Below are positions 1-13,339 of a stretch of DNA of 64,000 nt, piece after piece (position 1 is the first letter of the stretch; each line of letters begins with the position of its first letter). The notes under the pieces were generated by a model. That model searched no databases and was not told the origin of the DNA. It saw only the letters and a list, made by a program, of their open reading frames with translations. Source of the stretch: Octopus vulgaris (Eukaryota); contig OX597818.1 of NCBI GenBank assembly GCA_951406725.2, positions 113,460,001 to 113,524,000 on the forward strand, in the 5' to 3' direction. The position numbers and the translations under genes are program-made.

Positions 1-597
1 CACATACTTTCAAACAAAATATTCTCATTAATGATTCAATGGAAAAGGCAAGCAATCTGTGGAGAGGTGCATTCTCTTCGCTTTTGCTACAAAGAACAAC
101 TTCATAAATCCAACTGCAAAACTAAACGCTACATACAGCCGGGAGTTTCATGTCATATGATTGATGTAAGATGAAATTATTTATGGCATCGGAAACGCTT
201 CAAACTGAATCTGTTATTCTATTAGGAAATATAGTATTTTCCATAAAAAGAAAATAAAAATATGTCTATGCATATATTCTGTCTCCTGTACAGATTAGGA
301 TGTTTTTCTATGTCTCTTTGTATTACTTGGGGTTCTTATCCAAAGATGGTTAAACTGCATTTAGGGGATTCAATAGCATATAACATTAACACAAGAAGAA
401 TTATTCCAATTTTGTTGCTTTCACTGTTTATTTTCAGGCCAAAGAAATTCCAGCCATAAACATCTCGTCTGTTTTAAGTATATTTGGGAATGTACTGTGT
501 ATGTAATGTGTTTTTGCCTTGTTTAAGAGGATATGGCGTTGTCTGAGTCAGACATCGATGCTCTTTTTTAGCAGGCTGATCAAAACAGAAGTGATCT

Positions 598-668
598 GTG
601 CGTTTGTGTGCGTGTGTGTCTGAGGGAGGCGTATATTCGTATGTGCGTGTGTGCCTGTGCGTGTATTC

Positions 669-718
<50 letters not shown>

Positions 719-1290
719 CTCTGTGTGTGTGTACGTGTGCCTGTATATGTGTGTCTGTATTTGTGTGTGCGTGCGTGCGTGTGTGTGTGCCTGTGTGTTT
801 ATTCGTGTATGTGTTCGCATGTGTCTTCATGCGTGCATGTATATGCTTGTGTGCCTTTGTGTGTGTCTCTGTGCGTTCGTGTGTATCTGTGCGTGCATGT
901 ATTTGCGTGTGTGACCGTGTGCGTATGTGTGCGTGCGTGTATATGTATGTGTCTTTGTGTGTGTGTGTGTGTGTGTGTGTGTTTGTGTGCGTGTGTGTGT
1001 GTTTGTGTATTCGTGTGTGTGTGTTTGTGTGTGCGTGCGTAGTGTGGCGGTGCGTGTATTCGTGTGTGTGTGCGCGTGTGTATGTGTGCGTGTATATGTG
1101 GGTGTCTTTTTGTATGTTTGTGTGTTTGTGTGTGCGAGTGTGCGTGCGTGTGTGTGCCTATGTGTGTATTCGTGTGTGTGTGTGTGTATTTTTATGTGCG
1201 TGCTTCTGTGTGAGTCTGTGGGTGTGTGTGTGCGAGTGCGTGCAGCGCGCGCGAGTTTGCATGTGTGTGTGTGTGTGTGCGTGTGTGTTC
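598..1290. repeat. Long degenerate (TG)n microsatellite
   Basis: About 700 bp of TG/TGCG/TATG repeats; explains the Cys/Val and His/Thr ORFs. Confidence 0.95.
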
Positions 1291-2519
1291 TTCCATCTTT
1301 ATAGCCACGTTATAGCTCCTGCTTGCTTCTTTCTTCTGCTTTATTATTCTGTAGATCTCAAGAATCGACAAATTTGTTGATTATGAATTGATTTTACCGC
1401 ATAGAGCAGATTTTACGAAAACTAAGGTCAAGGAAAGCATTTCCAATGTAATTCTAATTTTCTTTTCAATGCTTGAAGCCCAGACAAATATATGCAAGAT
1501 ATTATGCAACAAGATTTGAACGTATCATTTGAATAAGTTAGCAGAATTTTGAAATTTGTTTTCCATTAACATCATAGAGAATATTTACACTGAATGGCGA
1601 ACAGTTAGTGTATGTTTACCTTGACAAACAACGCTAAAGACGTGTGTTCTCGGTAATGTCTCCAACCGTGTTACTATATTCTCTATTATTTCTTTTAATA
1701 CTGTTAATAACAATTCTGCACGTTATTTTTATTATTATTCCATTTCTAGTAAAATATTACATCATCATACAAAACTATTGCATTAATCGCACAGTTGCTA
1801 GCATCGCCACCACTATCACAACCATGACTGCCAAATTGGCAACAATCCAGGTTTTATACGCTACAAGAAGGGAGTTTTTGAATCTCTACATGAACTGTAA
1901 CCAAAGAATTCAAATGGAAATAGTACAAATGTTGAAGCCTACATTAAAATTCACATGATGTACGAATATATTGGAATCACTCCAACCATCACATTACATT
2001 GCAACTAATTTCCTTTGCAACATATTGTAGTTATACTTCCTAACGAACGTTCCTTTCATTGTAATGATGCAATCATTCAATTATAATTTCCTATGCAGAA
2101 ATATTTGAAATACAACATACTGGGAAAAAAAAATAATGATGTAAATCTTACAAATTTTAAACAGTTATCAGAATATACAAACTTCTAACAGAAGTTTGTA
2201 GTTCGTAATATAATTTTTATCGTCATATAAAACTTTTAAGCGTTTCTTTCTTTTATATGTAGCTATCGCTTTGTCTCCGCAACCACTACAGTGCTGAATT
2301 ACGTCGTGTTAATTCCAAAGTTTGTCACTCACAGTTTCACTCAATTCGTCTCTTTTTCTAACGAAACTTGTATCTATATTTTGCTGAAGCAACTCGTACA
2401 CGTTGTAAGAATAAATCTGAATATTCAACATTCTACTTTTAACATTGCATTCTTTTCATTTGTGGACTGCTAAGTTAGGAATTATATATATTATTGTTGT
2501 ATGCATTTTTGTGCGTGAG

Positions 2520-2863
2520 TGTGTGTATCATGTACACACATACATATGTATGTATATATGTGTGCGTGCGCACGTGAGCAAATGTACATATGTATGTATA
2601 TATCCATATATATGCATGTCTAAATATATATATATATGCATGTATATATATATATGCATGTATACATACATATATATATATATATATGTGTGAGTTAATG
2701 TAAGGTTAAGCAAGTTAGGAAAGTCAATATATAAAAAATATTAAATACATTTGATGCAAAAAATCTACTTATGTTTAAATATGCCTATCCTTACCTTTAC
2801 TCCTTTACCTGATCAAATTTATACCTCTTGAGCACTGCGAAGTGGGTATATACATACATATTC

Positions 2864-2907
<44 letters not shown>

Positions 2908-3127
2908 GATTTGCACACAAATACGCGACTACACATATTTAACAACGAGTAGATATAAAGATATATATGTACATCCGATATGAGAAAAGACAAAGCAATA
3001 AAATTAGTTTTTTTCGTGACATTAAATGCCGATTTACAGAACTATAACCACGAACTTGAACTAGAATATAGCCTATTTATATCTCAACTCTTGATATTAA
3101 ACAGTAATTTTCGGAAATTTTCTTATT

Positions 3128-3170
<43 letters not shown>
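2520..3170. repeat. Cluster of (TA)n/(TACA)n microsatellites
   Basis: TA-rich arrays at about 2520-2690, 2866-2902 and 3130-3170. Confidence 0.9.
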
Positions 3171-3174
<4 letters not shown>

Positions 3175-3359
3175 GAATTTAACACTGAAATCATGGAACA
3201 GTTAATTGTATAAGCGAAACACAATCTGCAGTTAAATTTCGTTAGTAGTTAATTTCACATTTCAGATATCCACTTCACACATTTCTGCTATGTTTTAACT
3301 ATAAAACCGAATCGATTTGGCAAGGTGTAAAATCAATGATAAATTATTTTGATGCGATA

Positions 3360-3467
3360 ATTATTTATCATCGTCATCGTCATCATTTTCATCGTCCTCA
3401 TAATTAGCCTCAACGTCGTCGTCATCATCATCCTCATGATCGTCGTCGTCGTTATCATCATCGTCAA

Positions 3468-3521
<54 letters not shown>

Positions 3522-3523
3522 CA
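3360..3523. repeat. (ATC/GTC)n-(ATT)n trinucleotide repeat
   Basis: Seen directly. Confidence 0.9.
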
Positions 3524-4451
3524 TACACTTAACAAATTAGACTGTTGGAAAAGAAAAGAATCCTAACATCGGGCTACAACAAGTAGCCTTAGATGCCAAG
3601 AACGAACCTCCTATCAGGTTACAGCAACTAACCTTAGATGCCAAGGTCAAATTCCTCCATCAAAATTCATATACGATATCAAACCAATCTTGAAATAAAT
3701 CGTGAGAATACGAAATACATAGATGTAGATTCATCAGAGCCATTGGGTGTCAAGCATTTCAATATTACAAGTCAACGATGGATTTAGATGAGCAGTAATA
3801 TAAAATAACGGATATATCCTTACGATCTTTTCAGGAAATTGTGTTTGTATTGGGTAAATCTTCCAACTAATACAAATTGCAACATTTCCCTCATTAGAAT
3901 GAAATGAAGCGATTAAAATATTTTCGAAGTAGTTTTAAAATAATTTAGATATTATCTGCTTACAGAGCACAGGAGTGTTTGAAAATAATATAGTTTTTTA
4001 GAAAAGTTGTAAAAAGATGTTGTAAAAAATCTTTGTAAAATGAAAAATATTTGTGAAAATAGAATATTTGCGCAGATAAAGATGAAATATGTGTAAAAGT
4101 AGAATGTTATATCGGGTGAACATTTACATTTTAAAAGGAAAGAGGACAATAGTTCGAATTCAACCTAAGTTGATAGTTTAAATAAGCGTACATGGAAAGT
4201 TGGTGGGAATAATAAAGTAATTTAAATAATATTTTAAAACTAAATTAAATTATCATATGAGTAGAAGTACTTAGTATATACTAAAGCAATAATAAGAACT
4301 ATTTCCTTTATTACAGGAGGACAAGTATAAGATATCGTAACATATTGTATCGAATATAAGGGGTAATTAAATTAGAGGTATACTAAATGTATGAGGGAGT
4401 ACATTCGGAAGCAATACCTAAACCAATTTGGACTTGTAAATATTTAATGAA

Positions 4452-4760
4452 AGGAGCAGGCTGTCCGTTACGATGACGAGGGTCCCAGATGATACGATCG
4501 GGAAATTAACATGGAAGTGGCGGAGCATTCCACAGACACGTGTACCCTTAACGTAGTTCTCAAGGAGATTGAGCGTGACACAGAGTATGACAAGGCTGAC
4601 CCTTTGAAATACTGGTACTACTCACTTTTGCCAGTTGAGTGGACTGGAGCAACGTGAAATAAAGTGCCTTGCTCAATGACACAACGCGTCACCAGGAATT
4701 GAACTCACAACCTTATGATCGTGAGCCGAATGTCCTAACCACTAAGCCACGCGCCTTCAC
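4452..4760 (-). mobile_element. tRNA-headed CORE-like SINE (family A) with 10-bp TSD
   Basis: Minus strand: A box TGGCTTAGTGG, B box GAGTTCAATTCC, then CORE-like 'ttgagcaaggcactttatttcacgttgctccagtccactca'. ATTTAATGAA flanks it at 4442-4451 and 4761-4770. A closely similar copy lies at 13609-13934. Confidence 0.9.
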
Positions 4761-5539
4761 ATTTAATGAATATTGCATGATTAAAAAACATACTAAAATA
4801 AGGATTTCCCTATCCAATAAATTTTATAAAAAAGACCTTATAAAAATTATTTATGAATTACAAACTCTAGGAAAGTATATGAAAGGATATATAAATGTAT
4901 AAAAATATCAAATAAAGATATAAAAAGATTTTAAACATAATGTGTAATTATAAATATAAAATATATTATTGTATTATACAGTGAATTTTAGGAAAAGAAA
5001 TTGTAAACTCTTTATAAGCTAAATAAGTTTCACAATGTATAATAGGGTATATAGATACATAAAAATTTAATAATATAAAATATAAAAAATATTTTAAAAT
5101 TTTATAAAATCTTATAATGCATTTCTTTAGAAAATGATATAAAAGGTATTTCCTTACAGAATGTTGTAAAAGGTATAACAGAGATAAGAGGAAGGATAAA
5201 TCAAAATAAAATAAATCAAATAAGGATTATTTTATGAATTTTGATATAAATTATAAATTATATTGGTATATTGAAAAGAATATTTAGATATGATATTATA
5301 AATATTACCATGTAAAAAATAAATATATATGTATCAAATATTAATTGAAAACAATAAAAATAACGGTGCCTTTAGAAATGGTTTCCTAAAACATTTCTAA
5401 AATATATCGAAGGCACTGATCTAGCTAGAATAATAACAGTTCCTGGGGTGGTGTGGTGGGGTTATACATTATACTTAGGCGCGGTGTAAGATTTAGTAAT
5501 CCATTGTAAATGTATGTTATACTAACTATAAGGGAAAAG

Positions 5540-5800
5540 AATCCTGAAACTGAAGGGGTACATATATAATATAATTATTGAAAGATTACAGATCGAAGGG
5601 ACCACCGAAAAACAGACGTCAAAAGACACTGATACCGCCATAAATTCTCCGAGAAAAACACACTACATAATAGGCTAGCAGAAGAAAGAAAATGAATTAA
5701 AACTTTGGTTAACCACGTACATGATCGTGTTATGGGCTTAGAGTAATAAAAACATTAACGATTGCCTTCATCAGCGTCGGTATTCCAAGGCATAAATATA
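5540..5800 (-). mobile_element. Possible decayed PLE terminal repeat with degenerate hammerhead
   Basis: Minus strand CTGATGA-AGGC...GCCC-ataac: the core is intact but the GAAA half has decayed. Adjacent to a very AT-rich, coding-like remnant (about 3950-5400). Confidence 0.3.
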
Positions 5801-5917
5801 CGAGTGTCATTTGACGTCTATTTTTAAGTGCGTGGCGAGGCACAAGCCAAGCCCTTGTTATAATTATGTATATACTTATAAAATATTTGTAAATATACAT
5901 ATATACGTATTCTATTA

Positions 5918-6321
5918 ATCTTTTATCTGTTCCAGCCATTTTGACTGCGGCCATGCTGGAGCACCATCTTAAGGGGTTTTAGTCAAAAAATTCGAACCCA
6001 AGAATTATTATTTGTAAGCTTAGTACTTATTCTATCGGTCTCTTTGACGGGGCCGCTAAGGTACGGGAACATAAACACACCAGCATCGGTTGTCAAGCGA
6101 TGGCGGGGCAAAACACAGAAATACAGACACACACACACACATGTATATATGTATGTATGTATATTTATACGCCTGGCTTCTTTCAGTTTCCGTCTACGAA
6201 ATCTATTCACAAGGTATTGGTCAGCCCGAGGCTATAGTGGAAGACACTTGCCGTAGTGGGATTAAACTTGGGAGCATGTAGGTTGGAAGTAAGATTCTTA
6301 CCACACAGCTATGCCTGCTCC
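5918..6321 (-). mobile_element. tRNA-headed SINE family B (CORE-like head, internal TA/TG microsatellite, 'gctccagcatggccgcagtc' tail)
   Basis: Same architecture as 36908-37312 (+). Parts recur at 12712-13035, 15175-15331 and 48550-48790. Resembles the octopus OR2-type SINE (from recall). Confidence 0.85.
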
Positions 6322-6344
6322 TATGTATGTATATATGTTTGTAT

Positions 6345-6605
6345 GAAGGCACAGGGCCTTGTGGTTACGGTGCAATTGTTGGTTCGCTTCCCGGATCGAG
6401 CAAAACATTTCATTTCCCGTTGCCCCAGTCCACTCAGCTGTAAAGGTGTAACCCTGTAACGGACTAGCCATCCGATCAGGGGGAATGTTGGCCTGCTCTC
6501 TTAACCAGAGTGGTGGCATCATTCGAAAGCTAAAACGATACAAAAGTGCATTGTGACCAGCGATTTGAAACAACATCCGATAGTCTGGTCGATCACGCGG
6601 TCACA
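6345..6605 (+). mobile_element. Degenerate SINE: tRNA head + CORE-like + V-domain-like segment
   Basis: 'gtggtta...ggttcgcttcc...tttcatttcccgttgccccagtccactcagctg...ccctgtaacggactagccatcc'. Confidence 0.65.
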
Positions 6606-6889
6606 TCATGTATCTTCATATGAATGTGTATGTGTGTACATATATCTCTAGATTCTATAATAGTTCGTTTCTTACTTACTCTCGTTTTGTGCTCTCTTTC
6701 TCTTCCTTTCTCTCTCTCCTTCGTCTGTATCTTCCTTAATCACTCATGTGTAACGAACCATAAACATTTTCACAAATTTTCTGATCTATCCATCTTTTTT
6801 GCCCAATTCTTAACCCAATAATATCTCCACTACCGCAGTATTATCTCTTATCGTTTCGTTACTCTGTATGTGTGTCTGTCTGAATTTCA

Positions 6890-7165
6890 ACTCCTCTCTC
6901 TCTTTGTCTCTCTCTCTCTCTCCCTCTCTCTCTCCCTCTCTCTCTCCCTCTCTCTCTCCCTCTCTCTCTTTGTCTGTCTATATTTATCTCCTTCTCTCTC
7001 TCTCTCTCTCTCTCTCTGTCTTTCTATCTTTCTATGTTTCTGTCTCTCTGTTTCTTTGTCTCTGTCTCTCTCTCTCTGCCCCTTTCTCTCTCTGCCCCCC
7101 TCTCTCTCTCTCTTTCTCTCTCTCTCTCCCCTTCTTTCCCTCTCTCTCTCTCTCTCGCTCTCTGA
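6890..7165. repeat. (CT)n microsatellite
   Basis: Seen directly. Confidence 0.95.
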
Positions 7166-9502
7166 CTTATTCTTACTTCCCTTCCTATTATCACATCTGA
7201 ATTTTAGTACCGTTTATCAAACTATGGAACATCGCTATAACCATTTCCTATCTTTTTCTTTTTTTTCTTTCTATTTATCTCCCAAATATGTCTTACTATA
7301 ACCATCTCCAACTCCCGTCTACTATCTCTAACAAACACCATCTTTCTGACACTTGTAATCTCTCTAACCACTGCAAACCTTCTAACCATTACCACCTCCG
7401 TAACCCCTATCATCGCTCCCTCACGTCTGCCCCTTACCTCTTTTGCCATGACCAACACTCGTCCTACTATCATATATCCCTAACCACTCTGCTAACTGTT
7501 CTCCTTATCCAAACCAAAATAGATTTATTTTATTCACAAAATGTCAGAACTATACGCATAATTTTCTTTCTTTTTTTTTTTTTGCTTTGTTAAACGGCAC
7601 TATTTATTGATTAGTTTCATTTCTACAGCACTGGCACGTGCATACAGACACACACATGGAGACAAACACACTTTAATCTCTTTTCGGTTTACGTATTAAA
7701 ATAAAACGTCAGTCGAATAAAACGTCAAAAAACATATATAATATAATAAATGAATAAAACAGGAGCTGATTCTAAGAATTATATTTTTGAAATGTCAAAG
7801 ATTTCATTCAAAAGTACCGAACTTGTTTTGATGGATTGCAAAGAATAAGCTAGAGACAAGGATATAATATAAATCTTTAAAAGAAAATATACAATCTTTA
7901 GTAATAGAGGGAAAAAATAAGAACATAACAACATCCCATAATGCTTTCCAAAGCGAGAGATAATGGCAGAAATAAATTCCTAAAATAATAATGAAGAATG
8001 TATTAATATTTCAAAGAGTATCTTGTCCTGCATGCCGTGATCTTCTAAAAGCAATTTGATTGAAGAACTACAGTGGGAGATTAATATTTGGTTGAATAAG
8101 AACATTAATCAACAAAGACATTGCCAGCTTTTGGGTGGATTTAGACATTTGTTTTATCTTTATTGAAGTGCGTTGTTTTCTTTCTTTATTTTTTTGTTTT
8201 CATTATCACAATTTTGAAATGTGCTTAGAAGTGCATAAATTCCGCAGTGAACGGATTGCAAATGTTACCAAAAAAAAAAAATCAAAGATTAAACTTTTCA
8301 TTTTAAGGTAATATGGGTATCCGTGTTGTAGCTAACAATAACCAACTGCTTTTTGTTTTTATATGATAAATATGATAGAAATTGTTTGATCGTAACCAAT
8401 GTTATAACACCAACTGTAAATCTCTTCTTCAATTTATTGCTACATTAAATTTATTTATTCTTAAGTTTCGGACATTTTGATGGATAAAAGACAGAATAAA
8501 ACTCAATCCTTATATGGCTTTTAATGAAACTTCCTGATCGGTAATGCCAGAGATGATGTTAACATGTGTTTTATGTATTTGGCGTTAGATTTTAAAAGTG
8601 GCGTGTTTTCTTCATAACATTTACAAAAAATTATGTTGAGAATTTTTCAGGAATTTCCTGAACATAATTGATGAATGAGCCAAATATGTTGGAACAGGCA
8701 GCTATAAAATTATATATTTTAGCTTATTTTAAAGGCAGGTCGATGTAAATGCTTAAAAAACAGATCGGTGATTCGCATGTTTCAAGTGAAACTTATTAAA
8801 AGTATTTTCTTTTGTTTCTGAATAGGATTGGATTCTTAATTATCCATGAAGGCAACTTACCTTGCTGAGAGAACCCCGAGGGAACTGGTACCAAGACTCC
8901 CACGGTAAGGTACTTACAATGAACTTGCAACTTACGCAGAATCTGCTTAATTTCATCTATTTAACAGCTCAAAATGAACCTCGCGATATTAGTATCCTTG
9001 TACTTTGAGACAACATTTAAACAATATAAAGGATGCTGAATTCAGAGTTCTTATTTAAACCTCTAATGGTGCCTTAGACATTTTAAAAGCCTAAAGTTGT
9101 TACGAAACTATAGAAAAGCTGAAGAAAATATATACGTAAGTATTAAGCGATGTATCTGTTAGAAAGTTTCTTTATTAATATCAAGTGAAACTCGTTAAAC
9201 TGAAGACCATTCAATATTCTAAAATGCTGATTTCACACAGAGTACATCATGAGAAGGTGAAACTTGCAAGTAAATAACCATGCAACTAGTTAACGGATCT
9301 CAACTTAGTGTCCAATAGTTTATCATATAGGACAGTTCAAGCAGCATGGTGCACTTTTACTAAATCTGTTTCCTTGAAGTCGGTAGCCATATTCTATCTA
9401 AACACAGATATTGAACTGTTCTATATTTAAGAGATGAGGAATTAAGTACATTATTTACATTATTTACATTTGACGATATTTGTCCTCATCTTGTTTGTTG
9501 TT

Positions 9503-9548
9503 AACACAACGTTTCGGCTGATACACCCTCCAGCCTTCATCAGGTATC
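9503..9548 (-). ncRNA. Minimal type I hammerhead ribozyme (PLE type)
   Basis: Minus strand: GATAC-CTGATGA-A-GGCTG(gagggtgtat)CAGCC-GAAAC-GTT-GTGTT. Stem III is the loopless palindrome AACGTT, consistent with dimer-type minimal HHRs. Confidence 0.75.
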
Positions 9549-9622
9549 TTGAGGAAATTTCGAACCTAGGTTCTCATTCCTAATGTATTTTTCGATGTTG
9601 TTGTCATTATTATTATTATTAT

Positions 9623-9691
<69 letters not shown>

Positions 9692-9711
9692 ACTGTAGTA
9701 GTAGTAATAAG

Positions 9712-9783
9712 GTCACTGCCAGGAATCGAACTCGGAATCTTGAGGTTAGTAGCCCGTGCTCTTAACCACTACGCCATATGCCT
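9712..9783 (-). promoter_or_regulatory. tRNA-like Pol III internal promoter (A and B boxes)
   Basis: ggcataTGGCGTAGTGGttaagagcacgggCTACTAAcctcaagattccGAGTTCGATTCCtggcag. The stems are imperfect, so this is not a functional tRNA. Confidence 0.8.
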
Positions 9784-10449
9784 ATGGTGAAGGCTGGAGG
9801 GTATATCAGCCGAAACGTAGATATTGAACTGTATTTGAATCCGAAATTTGTTTAAAATTTAATTTTGCTTTAAACTTTCAGCTCTTAACTTTACATCATT
9901 TTTATTCACTTTTAAATATCTATTGTTTTTTAACAGTAAAACACAAATCCCCAAACTCGTGTACTCTCTTATTTGTCTAAAGCATTTCCAGAATATATCT
10001 ATATTCAGGTGTTTCTAATCATTTACAAAAATATCTCTAGATTTGTTCTGGAACTCAAAGACTATTCATATCTTATATTTCGGTAACCCCTAACTTTTTC
10101 AAAACGGTACCACCTAGAGGCACAACTCGGTCACTCGATTGCGGGAGTTAAAGTAGGCTCTAGTGTTTAAGAAAATAAACATTAGATGATGTACTCCAAG
10201 GTGCACTGCGTCCTTGGCACTCGTTGAGAGCTGATTTTAGGAGACAACCTTGCATAATATGCGAATTGAATGTAAAATGCTTTGCAAGATCTAATTGCCA
10301 AGATTTATTTCTTCTGTTCATTACTTGCTATAATATCAACTTACATATTGATTATTCTTCAAATAACGAATCTCCTATTTTCCTTCCTCTGAATCTTCCA
10401 ATATTTCCCGTATCTTATTTTATTTTAATTTCCACTGAAATTGATCGTA

Positions 10450-10970
10450 TATGAGCTTCCCCTGTATTTACCTGCGTGTAAATATATATTGTCATGCTGG
10501 GTACGAGGCTAATCTATCGCAGATTCTAATTTCCATTAGAATGCCTTACGTTTATCAATTAAAGCTAACAAAACACTAAACAATTACACCGTTCCCATAC
10601 TGCCGATAGCTAACCCATGATGTTTATTTATCTCAAGGTAGACTGATCCATTTTAAGAAATGCTTCCTCGGCCTGGAAACAGTATAACGTCAATAACAGA
10701 ATACGAAAACTTTATCGATTTAATCTAACTTGGCGCCTTCAGAATACTTTCGTGGGTAATTGAGGCCTCTTAGATCTTTGTTTCATTAAATCTTGCCAAA
10801 AGCTTATAGGGTGATAATTTTATTCGATCAGCGATAATTAAAATCATTCGTTAGCTTACTTATGTCAAAACAAAATGCTTCACTGCATTTAACTATGTGT
10901 TAGTTCCATTTATTTTACTAATCTCCCATGTCCAACGAGAAATAATAAGCAGTTTCGATTATTAGCGCTC
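10450..10970 (-). pseudogene. Possible highly decayed PLE-type reverse transcriptase
   Basis: Minus-strand peptides in RT order: LLIIS (cf. RPIIS), DLRGL..ITHESILKA (cf. DV.SLY.NI.H....A, frameshifted) and KHHGLAIGS (cf. Q..G.AMGS). Confidence 0.35.
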
Positions 10971-12327
10971 CTTATTTCGTCTTATATTAATATTCCTCTT
11001 GTCCAAATGAAGAAAATTATTCATATCAAACTTAACGGTCCCTTAATTCGTTACAAAACCTTTTGTGAAAGGTTCTTTTGACAATGAATTTCTATAAAGG
11101 CCTTCAAGAATATTCAGGTGATATTGGTCATCTCACTAAACATAAAGTCACTCTTTGTTAAATTGTAATTGAATTGCTTACACCTGTAACAATAGATTTT
11201 AATAAAAAAAAATGTTTATGATTTTACTGTTAGCTCTCAAGCGCAAATGCATCTTATATAACAGATGGGTTTAGCTATTTCTGCTACTTTGGACATTTTG
11301 ACATAGTTCAGATTGACTAATTTTTCATAATAGTTTTCTTGAACACTGTAAGATATATGGAATTTTCAATAACTCTATTACTTTGAAAGTAAGGATCTTA
11401 TTCTAAATTCATCCCCCACATCTACCTTTAAAATCTTATAATATATCTATCAAGCGGTTAAAGGTGTTTCCTGCCTTTTTATTAAGACGATCAGATAGTT
11501 TCAAAGGAATTGCACGATTTACAGTAATTCTTATATACTGAACATGCTGGCTATTCAGGGTGATATTAGAGATTGTACAGAAGAAAGTGATAATTCCATG
11601 CATGTATAATGCTTAAATTCTGAAAAGTATGCAATAAAACCGAACAATAAAGATATCAGGATTATCCGTATCGAAAAAAGTAAAAGAAATTGTTAGTTGA
11701 ACGGTTTTACCTTGTCATGCAAAAGATTCCCTTAGATCTTCTTCCCCGTTACCAATTTTTCCAATTTTCCATCGTCGGCAGTGGCAGAAGGGATTGTTGG
11801 TGGTTGTGTTTATAGTATCAGTACAAGAGACGACTAAACTGTCGTCCCTGTTTTTACATTTGTTAATACAACAGATAAGATTATTTAAAACTTTACATTA
11901 ATGGCCGTCATACGAGTTTATTAGATTACATCTGAAGAGGCAAAAAGTTTGCTGCAGACGATATGTTATAATGAGAAAGATGTGATAAGATTACGTGAAA
12001 GACTTATCGTGGAAATCAAATGGAGAACACAATGCAACACAAACTTACTTCGTTTCGTATGTAGACAGAGGAAGCTAAACATGTTTAAGCTTTTCATTCA
12101 AGAATATACGTACGACTGCTCTATGTGTGTGTGTGTGTTTTGTGTAAGTATGTACATATGTATATTGGTAGACTGGAGGCGCCTCCGTGACCACGCTTGT
12201 GACTGGCTAATCCTGCCTTTGAAAAGCTGACACAACCACACTAGTCACAAGAAACCTTTCCATACCTTTCTCAGGGAAAACTGTTCACATCTTGCTTATA
12301 TGCATTAGCATGTTTCAACTCAGAGTA

Positions 12328-12455
12328 ACTCCGCCGAGGTCGACTTTCATCCTCTCGGGGTCGATAAATTAAGTACCGGTTGCGTACTGGGGTCAATCTA
12401 ATCAACTGGGCCCCTCCCCAAAATTTTCAGGCTTTGTGCCTAGAGTAGAAAAGAA
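12328..12455 (+). mobile_element. Fragment of SINE family C (Meta/MESC-like domain + tail B)
   Basis: 'ccgccgaggtcgacttt...ggggtcgataaattaagtacc...tgtgcctagagtagaaaag', matching the 3' unit at 63300-63430. Confidence 0.8.
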
Positions 12456-12711
12456 TATTTCAACTCTCAGAGATATGCAACCCTGCTGTTCTCGGATTCT
12501 TTAACACCAGTTGGAATCAGATCTTCCCAAGGAGTTGGTAGCGATATTGATCCTTTTAAGTGTGTCTTTAAGATTCTTTGAAATGCTTGCATGACTTACA
12601 GTGGGAACGTTGTCCTTGCTCCTGCTTACCATACAAAGCCTGTTTTGGCATGTGGGTGCCCTCTGGACGAACAAGATGCCCAGGCCATACAAGTATGTGT
12701 TTTATAATACT

Positions 12712-13035
12712 CTTTTACTATTTTACTTGTTACAGTCATTTGACTGTGTCCATGCTGGAGCATCGCCTTTAGTCGAGCAAATCAACCCCAGGACTTATTC
12801 TTTGTACTTATTATATCGTGTGTATTTGTATGTTTGTTCTCCCCACCATCGCTTGACAACCGATGTTAGTGTGTTTACGTCACCGTAACTTAGCCGTTAG
12901 GCCGAAGAAACGATAGAATAAACATTAAGCTTACAAAGAATTAGTCCAGGGATTGATTTCTCCGACTAAAAAGCGGTGCTCCAGCATGGCCACGGACAAC
13001 AAATAACTGAAACAAATAAAAAAAATAAAAGAATA
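12712..13035. mobile_element. Two SINE family B tails in inverted arrangement
   Basis: About 12712-12810 is the reverse complement of the tail at about 12915-13035. Confidence 0.8.
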
Positions 13036-13339
13036 CTCCTAAATATGAAAAACAATCACAATAACATAGTAAACAAAACTATTATTCTACAATGGAATCG
13101 ACAATATCTCTTATGACAAATTTGTGGGAAAACAAAACAAAAAACGCAGAATCATTTCTTTGTTGTCGCCATCTCATAAAGTCTAATGATTGACAAATTT
13201 AAAATGGTTAGATATATTCGAGAATCGACAATATGATTTATATCATGCATCGACGAGTATATCAATTTATTCTAACAATATTTCTTCTCTCTGTCTGGAA
13301 ATATAAATAAATGTGGTTGCTACAAAACATACATAAAAC

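Larger units (their letters stand above)
9420..9818 (-). mobile_element. Non-autonomous Penelope-derived element: tRNA-like head + (TAC/TAA)n + hammerhead + 3' tail, preceded by an inverted HHR fragment
   Basis: 14-bp TSD AGATATTGAACTGT at 9406-9419 and 9819-9832. Homologous to the 3' UTR of the GIY-YIG element at 28775-28975. 9788-9817 is an inverted copy of about 9510-9539. Confidence 0.85.

Noticed and set aside
474-1380. Long Cys/Val or His/Thr-rich ORFs, and similar poly-V, poly-L, poly-Y, IY and SL ORFs elsewhere
   Set aside because: They are translations of microsatellites that lack stop codons.
9712-9783. tRNA-Ser(ACT) gene, also at 28900-28971
   Set aside because: The acceptor, anticodon and T stems are mispaired, there is no long variable arm, and it lies inside a mobile element.
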